The translations under genes were made by a program, and so were the position numbers. A stretch of 64,000 nt of DNA. Origin: Hoeflea sp. Lineage in GTDB: Bacteria; Pseudomonadota; Alphaproteobacteria; Rhizobiales; Rhizobiaceae. The DNA lies in the NCBI RefSeq assembly GCF_965230055.1, contig NZ_OZ245939.1; one strand, written 5' to 3'. This document shows, piece by piece, positions 21,466 through 31,781 of this stretch. Position 1 is the first letter of the stretch. Each line of letters starts with the position of its first letter. The notes below the pieces were generated by a model. It saw only the letters and a program-made list of their open reading frames with translations, was not told the origin of the DNA and made no database searches.

Positions 21466-22860
21466 TCAGCCGAACACCCGCTTCAGCGCCTGGTCGACGC
21501 TGTCGGTGATCCGGTCGATATCGTCGGCCGTGGCGATCAGCGCCGGGCTGAAGCAAAGCGTGTTGTTGAACCCGGGAAGCGACCGGTTGGTCGCACCGAT
21601 GATCACGCCCTGCGCCATGCAGTCAGCAACCACCGCCTGGACCTTCTTCTCCTCGGCCGGTTCGCGGCTTGTGCGGTCGGAGACGAGCTCTGCACCGACG
21701 AACAGCCCCTTGCCGCGAACATCTCCGATGACGGCGTGCCGTTCCTGCAGCGTGCAAAGATTGTCCATCATCCGTGCGCCCATTGCTTGCGTGTTTTCGA
21801 TCAGGTTCTCATTCTCGATAATCCGCATGTTCTCGAGCGCTGCCGCCGGACCGGCCGCGCATCCGCCAAAGGTCGAGATATCGCGAAAATAGGACATTGG
21901 ATCGGAAGCATCGTCCTTGAACTGCTCGAAGACGGCTTCCGTCGTCACCGTGCAGGAAATGGCCGCGTAACCTGAAGCAACGCCCTTCGCCATGGTCACG
22001 AAATCCGGTTGGATCCCGTAATGCTGATAGCCGAACCATTCACCGGTGCGGCCCACTCCGCACACGACCTCGTCGATATGCAACAGGATATCGTACTTGC
22101 GGCAGATCTCCTGGACCCGAGGCCAGTAGCCTTCGGGAGGGGTGATGACGCCGCCACCCGCAGTGATCGGCTCCAGGCAGAGCCCGCCCACGGTATCGGG
22201 GCCTTCGCGAAGGATGACCTCTTCGATCGCGTTGGCGGCGGCTTCGCCGTAGCTCTCGGCGTCCGGGTACTGGCTGCGGTATTCGAGGCAATGCGGAACC
22301 ATCACGAAGCCCGGCGCCATCGGCCCGTACTGCTCGGCGCGCTGCGGCTGGCCGCCGGCCGAAAGCGTGGCGAGCGTCGTGCCGTGATAGTCGCGGTCGC
22401 GGTAAAGGATCTTGTATTTCCGGCCGCCATGATGGCGATGCGAGATCTGGCGGATCATCTTGAAGGCCTTCTCGTTCGCCTCCGAGCCGGAATTGGAATA
22501 GTAGACCCGGCTCATCCCCGGCATCTTTTCGATCAGTTTCTGCGCGAACAGGGCGCCCGGAATGGAGCCGGCGCTGTTAGCGAAATAGTTCATTTTCACC
22601 AGCTGGTCGCGCACAGCATCGGCAATGCTCTCGCGCCCGTAGCCTACATTGACCGTCCAGACCCCGCCGGAGACCGCATCGAGGTGCTCCTTGCCGGTCG
22701 CGTCCCAGACGCGCATGCCGCGGCCCTCGACCATGATGCGGGGATCGATCGTCTCAAACGGCTTGTGCTGGATGAGATGATGCCACACATGGCTCCGGTC
22801 GGCATCAATGACGGCCTGGATGTCGTTCGGCTGGATCTGGGACTGCATCGGAAAATTCAT
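21466..22860 (-). CDS. tpa: Taurine-pyruvate aminotransferase (class III)
   Basis: LDAVSGGVWTVNVGYGR, SGSEANE, DEVVCGVGRTG, MAKGVASGY; divergent from tauABC. Confidence 0.9.
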   Translation of the reverse strand: MNFPMQSQIQPNDIQAVIDADRSHVWHHLIQHKPFETIDPRIMVEGRGMRVWDATGKEHLDAVSGGVWTVNVGYGRESIADAVRDQLVKMNYFANSAGSIPGALFAQKLIEKMPGMSRVYYSNSGSEANEKAFKMIRQISHRHHGGRKYKILYRDRDYHGTTLATLSAGGQPQRAEQYGPMAPGFVMVPHCLEYRSQYPDAESYGEAAANAIEEVILREGPDTVGGLCLEPITAGGGVITPPEGYWPRVQEICRKYDILLHIDEVVCGVGRTGEWFGYQHYGIQPDFVTMAKGVASGYAAISCTVTTEAVFEQFKDDASDPMSYFRDISTFGGCAAGPAAALENMRIIENENLIENTQAMGARMMDNLCTLQERHAVIGDVRGKGLFVGAELVSDRTSREPAEEKKVQAVVADCMAQGVIIGATNRSLPGFNNTLCFSPALIATADDIDRITDSVDQALKRVFG

Positions 22861-22935
22861 GGCTGGCCTCTTTCCTTGCGAGGGCGGCGGAACACGCCCC
22901 CAACCTGACAATCACTTCGGTTCCGGTCAATCCGA

Positions 22936-22967
22936 TAGGGCCAGTGATTTCCAACCCGTAGAGCCAG
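22936..22967 (-). promoter_or_regulatory. Candidate TauR direct repeats facing tpa
   Basis: On the - strand, CTGGCTCTA and CTGGCCCTA 23 bp apart. Confidence 0.65.
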
Positions 22968-23023
22968 CGTTTCCGCCGCTCCAATGGTTGCACCGCAACG
23001 CTAATTCATGCCGCATGTGCGAA

Positions 23024-23055
23024 CTGGTACAGTGGACTCTCCGGAATTGGCGCTA
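23024..23055 (+). promoter_or_regulatory. Candidate TauR direct repeats facing tauA
   Basis: CTGGTACAG (23024) and TTGGCGCTA (23047) 23 bp apart, upstream of a TTGACG -35-like hexamer at 23091. Confidence 0.45.
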
Positions 23056-23216
23056 TGGGTTTGGCCCATTGATTGTTCGACTTTAAACCCTTGACGCCAT
23101 AACCAAAGTTCAACAACGTCAAAGAAAAAACGGGAACAGGGCCGTGCGTGCAAGCGCTTACGGCAAATTGTGCAGCGCAAGCCGGGCTATCCTGGCATTG
23201 GAAAAGGGAGTGTCAC

Positions 23217-24209
23217 ATGAAACTCGCAACGAGAATGTCCTCATTGCTGGCCGGTATCGCCATGGTTGCGGCGGCATCGGCTGCCAAGGCCGAGGAAATC
23301 ACCGTCGCCTACTTCCTGGAATGGCCGATGCCGTTTCAGTACGCCAAAGCCAAGGGACTTTACGACGAAGCCCTGGGCATGAAGGTCAACTGGAAGTCCT
23401 TCGACGCGGGAACCGCAATGTCGGCTGCGATGGCTTCCGGCGACGTGCATATTTCGGTCAGCCAGGGCGTGCCGCCTTTCGTCGTCGCCACATCGGCCGG
23501 TCAGGACCTTCAGGTCGCCGACATTGCCGTGGTCTACAACGACAACGACAACTGCGTCGTCAAGGCCGAGCTCGAAATCGACAAGGACAGTGCCAAGGAA
23601 CTTGAAGGCAAGAAGGTGGGCGTGCCGATCGGCACCGCGGCCCATTACGGCTTCCTCAAGCAGATGGAATATTTCGAGGTCGATGTCTCGACCATGGAAA
23701 TCGTCGACATGGCTCCGCCGGATGGTGCGGCCGCCTTTGCCCAGGGCAGCCTCGACATGGTGTGCGGCTGGGGCGGCTCCCTGCGGCGCATGATGGAGCA
23801 CGGCAACGTGCTTCTTACCGGCGCTGAAAAGGACGAGATCGGCATTTCCGTCTATGACGTGACCTCGGTTCCGGCTTCGTTCGCCGCCGAGAACGGCGAT
23901 ATCCTTGCGAAGTTCCTCAAGGTCACTGCCGACATGAACGCCAAGTGGCTCACCGACAAGGAAGAGATGCTTCCCGTCATCGCCAAGGACGCGGGCATGT
24001 CCGAAGAAGATGCCGCTGCAACGCTGGACGGTTTCCAGTTCCCCACGGTCGAGGCGCAGCTCTCCGACAAGTGGCTCGGCAAGGCGACACCCGAATTCCT
24101 CAAGGGTGTGGGCGACTTCTTCAAGGAGCAGGGCAACATCCCGTCGTCCCGCGACAGCTATGACGCTGCGGTCAACACCAGCGCGCTGGAGTCCGCCGCG
24201 CAGATGTAA
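23217..24209 (+). CDS. tauA: Taurine ABC transporter substrate-binding protein
   Basis: Signal peptide ending AKA/EE; SFDAGTAMSAAMASG, GTAAHY, DMAPP; GGGAG RBS. Confidence 0.9.
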   Translation: MKLATRMSSLLAGIAMVAAASAAKAEEITVAYFLEWPMPFQYAKAKGLYDEALGMKVNWKSFDAGTAMSAAMASGDVHISVSQGVPPFVVATSAGQDLQVADIAVVYNDNDNCVVKAELEIDKDSAKELEGKKVGVPIGTAAHYGFLKQMEYFEVDVSTMEIVDMAPPDGAAAFAQGSLDMVCGWGGSLRRMMEHGNVLLTGAEKDEIGISVYDVTSVPASFAAENGDILAKFLKVTADMNAKWLTDKEEMLPVIAKDAGMSEEDAAATLDGFQFPTVEAQLSDKWLGKATPEFLKGVGDFFKEQGNIPSSRDSYDAAVNTSALESAAQM

Positions 24210-24233
24210 GCCGCTTCGGCTGAAAGACCAAAA

Positions 24234-24261
24234 GGCGGTCCGGCCTCGTGCCGGGCCGTCT
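24234..24261 (+). other. Intercistronic stem-loop between tauA and tauB (possible mRNA stabiliser)
   Basis: ggcggtccggc...gccgggccgtc inverted repeat with no U-tract. Confidence 0.45.
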
Positions 24262-24296
24262 GCCCGGCAGTCCTATTCCCCGTGATTGGAGCAAAG

Positions 24297-25103
24297 ATGG
24301 GCGATCTGGTTATCGACCAACTGTCCATGCGCTTTGATCTGCCGAATGGCGGATCGGTACAGGCGCTCAAGGACGTATCCCTCAATCTTGCCAAGGGCGA
24401 ACTGCTCTCGGTTCTCGGCCCGTCCGGCTGCGGCAAGACCACCCTCCTGAACATCGTCGCGGGCTTTCTCGCCCCTACCGGCGGCACGGTTTCGCTCAAC
24501 GGCCAGACTGTCACCGGACCCGGCGCGGAACGCGGAATGGTGTTCCAGCAGGGCGCGCTTTTCGAGTGGATGAGCGTGCGGCGGAACATCGCGTTCGGGC
24601 CTGACATGGCCGGAAAGCCGGCTTCCGAGACCAAACCGATCGTCGACAGGCTCTTGCGCATTGTCGGCCTGCAGGATTTCGGCGACAAGATGATCTACGA
24701 GCTCTCAGGCGGCATGCAGCAGCGCGTGGCGCTGGCCCGTTGCCTCGCCAATGATCCCGACGTGATCCTGATGGACGAACCTCTCGGGGCGCTTGACGCA
24801 CTCACCCGCGAGAAGATGCAGGGACTTGTGCTCAAGCTCTGGAAGGAAACGGGCAAGACCATCATCCTTATTACCCACTCCGTCGAGGAAGCGCTGCTTC
24901 TGGGCGAGCGGCTGCTGGTGATGGCGCCGCGGCCGGGACGGATCCACAAGGAATACCGGCTTCCGTTCGCGGAAATGGGCGTCGGCCAGGATCTCAGGAC
25001 CGTCAAGAAGGTGCCCGAATTCGGAGAGCGCCGCGAGGAAATCCTCGGCATGATCTGGGACATGGAAGAAGAAATCATGGGCCGGCAGGAGGAGCCGGCA
25101 TGA
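24297..25103 (+). CDS. tauB: Taurine ABC transporter ATP-binding protein
   Basis: GPSGCGKTT, LSGGMQQRV, LMDEPLGALD; ATG 24297 after GGAG. Confidence 0.92.
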   Translation: MGDLVIDQLSMRFDLPNGGSVQALKDVSLNLAKGELLSVLGPSGCGKTTLLNIVAGFLAPTGGTVSLNGQTVTGPGAERGMVFQQGALFEWMSVRRNIAFGPDMAGKPASETKPIVDRLLRIVGLQDFGDKMIYELSGGMQQRVALARCLANDPDVILMDEPLGALDALTREKMQGLVLKLWKETGKTIILITHSVEEALLLGERLLVMAPRPGRIHKEYRLPFAEMGVGQDLRTVKKVPEFGERREEILGMIWDMEEEIMGRQEEPA

Positions 25104-26368
25104 TCGTCCTTCTGATCTACATTGCGCTCTTTGCAATCGCCTATATCGCCTATCGTGCCTGGGACCGCTCCCGCGAGCACCTGCATGACTTTTCGAGCCT
25201 CAAGACCGTTACCTTCGGTGACGAGAGCGCCGTCTCGGCCAACCGCTTTGCCTCGGTCGTCTCCGTGGTGGCGCTGTTCGCGATCTGGGGCGCCTTCACC
25301 GGCTCGGTGATCACGCCGCTGCATGCCCCCGGACCGTTCGTCGGTGACTCGAGCTTCGAATACACGGCCCGGAACGCGGCCGGGGACACCGACGATGCGA
25401 CCGTTGCAATCCGTGTCTACCGGGTGGGGGAGGAAGTGCCCCTGCCTGAAGTCAGCGAGAATGCGGATGGTTTCGCGGTCGACGATGCCCTCAAGATCGG
25501 CGCCTGGCGTTCGAGCCTGAGCCGGCCCTACGAGAACGACACCGGCGGCAACGAGGACGGCTATGCCATCGTCGCCATCAACGGCCAGCCGATTGCGCCG
25601 GGCGAAACGGTTCCCTTCGCCGATGGCGAGGTGACCATGACATCCAAGGGCAGCCTTTCCATCCGGCCGGAAACCGGCTGGCAGATGGAACCGATCTGGC
25701 TGCCCGCGCCCGAGGCCGTGGTTTACAGGCTCGGCGAAATCGCCACCGAGGGCTACAAGAACTTCTCGCTCTGGGAACATCTTGGCTATTCGCTCGGTCG
25801 CGTGATCGCGGGCTTCCTGCTCGGCTCGATCATCGGCATCCCGCTCGGCTATGCCATGGGCCTGTCCAACTGGTTCCGCGGCTGGTTCGACCCGATCGTG
25901 GAATTCATGCGGCCGGTTCCGCCTCTGGCGCTCATCCCGCTGATCATCATCTGGTTCGGCATCGGCGAGGAGGGCAAGGTCATTCTGCTGTTCCTGGCGG
26001 CGCTGTGGATCATGACGATTGCCGCCCGCGCCGGCGTGTCGGGTGTTCGCATATCCAAGGTGCATGCCGCCTATTCGCTCGGCGCCTCGAAATCGCAGAT
26101 CCTGCGGCACGTCATCGTCCCCAATTCGCTGCCGGAAATCTTCACCGGCGCGCGGGTGGCCATGGGCGTGTGCTGGGGAACCGTGGTCGCCGCCGAACTG
26201 GTGGCCGCGGATCGCGGCGCGGGCATGATGATCGTCAACGCCTCAAAGTTCCAGCTCACCGACATCGTCATTCTCGGCATCATTCTCATCGGGATCATCG
26301 GCTACGGCATCGACATCCTGATGCGCATGGCCGAAAAATGGCTCGTGCCGTGGAAGGGACGGGGCTGA
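25100..26368 (+). CDS. tauC: Taurine ABC transporter permease with an inserted Ig/cadherin-like periplasmic module
   Basis: TauC/SsuC core (LPAPEAV, MRPVPPLALIPL, AAYSLGAS..VIVPNSLP, AELVAA) plus an insertion of about 115 aa; ATGA overlap with tauB. Confidence 0.9.
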   Translation: MIVLLIYIALFAIAYIAYRAWDRSREHLHDFSSLKTVTFGDESAVSANRFASVVSVVALFAIWGAFTGSVITPLHAPGPFVGDSSFEYTARNAAGDTDDATVAIRVYRVGEEVPLPEVSENADGFAVDDALKIGAWRSSLSRPYENDTGGNEDGYAIVAINGQPIAPGETVPFADGEVTMTSKGSLSIRPETGWQMEPIWLPAPEAVVYRLGEIATEGYKNFSLWEHLGYSLGRVIAGFLLGSIIGIPLGYAMGLSNWFRGWFDPIVEFMRPVPPLALIPLIIIWFGIGEEGKVILLFLAALWIMTIAARAGVSGVRISKVHAAYSLGASKSQILRHVIVPNSLPEIFTGARVAMGVCWGTVVAAELVAADRGAGMMIVNASKFQLTDIVILGIILIGIIGYGIDILMRMAEKWLVPWKGRG

Positions 26369-26398
26369 ATCTTCATCGCGGACCAGGTCTGCCGCAAT

Positions 26399-26431
26399 AA
26401 AAAACCGCCGGCGAGAGCCGGCGGTTTTCTT
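26399..26431. terminator. Bidirectional intrinsic terminator between tauC and gyrB
   Basis: A6-ccgccggc-gaga-gccggcgg-T4CTT between convergent genes. Confidence 0.9.
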
Positions 26432-26476
26432 GTTTGAAGCAGGGAAGGCAGTCCGCAGACGGGACTTCGCCGGGCC

Positions 26477-28981
<2,505 letters not shown>

Positions 28982-29161
28982 TCAGGATATAGGTATTGGC
29001 ATGCGAAAGCCAAATTTGCGCCCCGTTTTTTCAGTGGACTGCAATACGTTGAGAGCACGGGTCTCAGTGCCCGGCAAAATACCCGCTCCGGACGGACTGC
29101 AAATCTACGTTTACCGGTCAGCCGGAAGCGCTGTTTGGCATCTGCATGCAGATTGATCAGG

Positions 29162-29980
29162 TCACAGGCAAACCAGCCAGATCGCACTTGCCCCTGCGTT
29201 GTTGCCTGCCGGCACAAACTGGTTCCAGAGTTCGCATGTGACCGTGTGACAGCCGGCTTCAAAGGGGATGACATTGGACAGCACCCACTGTTCGCCGACC
29301 GGTCGGCCCATGGCATCATTTTCGGAAACCCGGGCTTGGAGGGTTTTGCCGCTTGGCGTTTCGACCGTCACGTTCACCCAGTCATCTATCCCGAACGGCT
29401 TGGTACCAATGGGATCGATGCTCATGACGACCCTGGAGCCCGCCTTTGGCACATGGAGTTTGACCGTCCGCGTCAGGAACGGCCCCGGTCTTGCCATATG
29501 ATGGCCTGAAATTGCCTGTGTGACTTGAACCCGGGTTTTGCAATCGGGGTCCTCTTCAGGCGGCGGCGGGCAGTCATTATCGACATGTTGAACAAGAAAC
29601 ACCGCGGTCGATCCGTAGTTGGGACCCGGAGGCGCATAGTGGCTCCAGAATTCAAACCGCAACCGCCAGAGCCCGGGTTGAAACGCGATCACATTGCTGA
29701 GCACATACTGCTCGCCCAGGGGCTGGTCGTGATGGTCGTTGTGGTTGATTTCGCTTTCGATGGTCCGCCCGTCCGGACCGGTGGCTGCTATTCGGATGAA
29801 ATCGAGAACGCGTGCGGGAATATGGCCCAGCGGATCGGACGACACCACCAGCGATCTCATTTGCGGCGATACCTCGACACTCAGTTCTTTGGAGAAGAAC
29901 ATGTGGTTCGAAGGTCCGTGAGAAAGGTTTATCGGTGGCGAAATCAACAAATTTCCGGCACCAGAAAGTGTTTCAACCAT
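29162..29980 (-). CDS. Hypothetical protein (272 aa) made of two tandem homologous beta-rich domains
   Basis: GGAGGG RBS before ATG 29980; internal repeat GEQYVLSNVIAF / GEQWVLSNVIPF; many A/T-ending codons. Confidence 0.8.
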   Translation of the reverse strand: MVETLSGAGNLLISPPINLSHGPSNHMFFSKELSVEVSPQMRSLVVSSDPLGHIPARVLDFIRIAATGPDGRTIESEINHNDHHDQPLGEQYVLSNVIAFQPGLWRLRFEFWSHYAPPGPNYGSTAVFLVQHVDNDCPPPPEEDPDCKTRVQVTQAISGHHMARPGPFLTRTVKLHVPKAGSRVVMSIDPIGTKPFGIDDWVNVTVETPSGKTLQARVSENDAMGRPVGEQWVLSNVIPFEAGCHTVTCELWNQFVPAGNNAGASAIWLVCL

Positions 29981-30141
29981 GGATATTCCCCCTCCGAAAC
30001 ATGATCGATGATCGATCATATCATGAAGAGCGGAATCCGAAAGGAAGAATATTCAGAAACCGTACAATGATGCTTTCGTCACATGCTTTGAAATTGACCT
30101 TGCGATTTCCGGCATTAACTCCGATGTGAAAGGATTTGCCA

Positions 30142-31536
30142 ATGGATATGCCAGTTCGGCCTTTTGTCCCGCCGGCGCCGGTTCCGCGCGACACCCCGCC
30201 CTCTCGTTTGGAGATCATGCGCACTGTGATGCGCAATCCGCTGGAGCTTTGGGGAGAACCGTCGTTCCGGCTGAAATGGATGAAGACGAAGTTCTTCAAC
30301 GAGCGAACGCTGATCGCCAACCATCCGGGTCTGGTCCGGCATGTACTGGTCGACAACGTGCAGAACTACAGCATGGCCCGGATCCGGCAACTGATCCTGA
30401 GGCCTATCCTGCGTGACGGGCTGCTGACCGCCGAAGGCGATATCTGGAAACGCTCGCGCAAGGCCATGGCTCCCGTTTTCACGCCCCGGCACGCCAGGGG
30501 CTTTGCCGAACAGATGCTGGAACAGTCGCTGGCGTTCAAGACGAGATATGCCAGGGCGGCTGACGAGGGCGAGGTCCGCGACATTGCGGTCGACATGACC
30601 GAACTGACCTTCGACATCCTGTCGGCGACGCTTTTCTCCGGCCATGTTGCAGGCACCGAGGAAGAGTTCGCAGGCGATATCGAGCGCCTTCTGTCAACCA
30701 TGGGAAGGGTCGATCCGATGGATCTGCTCAAGGCGCCGCGCTGGATTCCGAGGGTCCGCAGGATGCTGGGGCAGGGTGTGCTCGCCAAGTTCCGGAACAT
30801 CGTCAAGCAGACGATGGCCAATCGCCAGGCCATGATGCGCGATGATCCGGACAATGTTCCCGAGGATTTTCTCACCCTCCTGATCCGGTTGCACGGACCC
30901 GGTGGCCTTACGCTCGACGAGATTGAGGACAACATCATCACCTTCATCGGCGCGGGCCACGAGACCACGGCCCGTGCGCTTGGCTGGACGCTGTACTGTC
31001 TCGCCAACTCGCCGGAAGACAGGCAAAAGGTCGAAGCCGAGATCGATGATGTCGTTGCCCGGGAGCCCGATCCGGTCAAATGGCTCGACATGATGCCCTG
31101 GACGCGGGCCGCCTTCGAGGAGGCGATGCGGCTCTATCCGCCGGCGCCGTCGATCAACCGCGCGGCGATCCGGGATGATACCTGGCAGGATGAAACGGGC
31201 GAGACGGTCACCATCGAAGCGGGCACCACGGTGCTGGTGATGCCCTGGACCCTGCACCGCCATACGCTTTTCTGGGATCGGCCGGAGGCCTTCATGCCGT
31301 CCCGGTTCCTGCCCGAAAACCGCGGCAGCATCGATCGTTTCCAGTATCTGCCCTTCGGCGTCGGCCCCCGGATCTGCATCGGCGCGACCTTTGCGTTGCA
31401 GGAGGCGGTCATCGCGCTGGGCGCGCTGCTGTCGGAATTCCGTTTTGATTGCGTCGCCGAGACCCGGCCCTGGCCGGTGCAGAAACTGACCACTCAACCC
31501 GACGGCGGTCTGCCGATGCGCATCAGCCGGAGATAA
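30142..31536 (+). CDS. Cytochrome P450
   Basis: I-helix AGHETT, ExxR (EAMR), FMPSRF, heme motif FGVGPRICIG. Confidence 0.96.
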   Translation: MDMPVRPFVPPAPVPRDTPPSRLEIMRTVMRNPLELWGEPSFRLKWMKTKFFNERTLIANHPGLVRHVLVDNVQNYSMARIRQLILRPILRDGLLTAEGDIWKRSRKAMAPVFTPRHARGFAEQMLEQSLAFKTRYARAADEGEVRDIAVDMTELTFDILSATLFSGHVAGTEEEFAGDIERLLSTMGRVDPMDLLKAPRWIPRVRRMLGQGVLAKFRNIVKQTMANRQAMMRDDPDNVPEDFLTLLIRLHGPGGLTLDEIEDNIITFIGAGHETTARALGWTLYCLANSPEDRQKVEAEIDDVVAREPDPVKWLDMMPWTRAAFEEAMRLYPPAPSINRAAIRDDTWQDETGETVTIEAGTTVLVMPWTLHRHTLFWDRPEAFMPSRFLPENRGSIDRFQYLPFGVGPRICIGATFALQEAVIALGALLSEFRFDCVAETRPWPVQKLTTQPDGGLPMRISRR

Positions 31537-31538
31537 AG

Positions 31539-31639
31539 CAACGCCAGGAAAAGTGGGTGCCGGTTTTCCGTCCGGCGTTGCGCCGGGAAATACACCAACG
31601 CCAGGAAAAGTGGGCGCCGGTTTTCCGTCCGGCATTGCG
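31539..31639. repeat. Two tandem copies (57-bp period) of a 44-bp palindromic Rhizobiales intergenic repeat (Bru-RS/RIME-like)
   Basis: caacgccaggaaaagtgggYgccggttttccgtccggcRttgcg at 31539-31582 and 31596-31639. Confidence 0.85.
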
Positions 31640-31781
31640 CGGGGAACACCCCGATCTCAGGGAGAATGCGCGACGGATATCGGTTGCGCGAACGCACAAG
31701 CCGATGGCGCGGCGCTGAAAAGCCAAGTATGACGGCGAAGGAACCGGCGGGGGCCGGATTGCGAGCGGGCAGGTCTCTTTC

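Noticed and set aside
29036-29102. GGACTGCAA direct repeat (58-bp period) at the 3' side of the orphan gene, as a possible target-site duplication
   Set aside because: Both copies are on the same side of the gene rather than flanking it; no integrase, tRNA or IS ends
31539-31639. Possible mini-CRISPR array
   Set aside because: Only two 44-bp units with a 13-bp gap and no cas genes; fits a palindromic intergenic repeat instead
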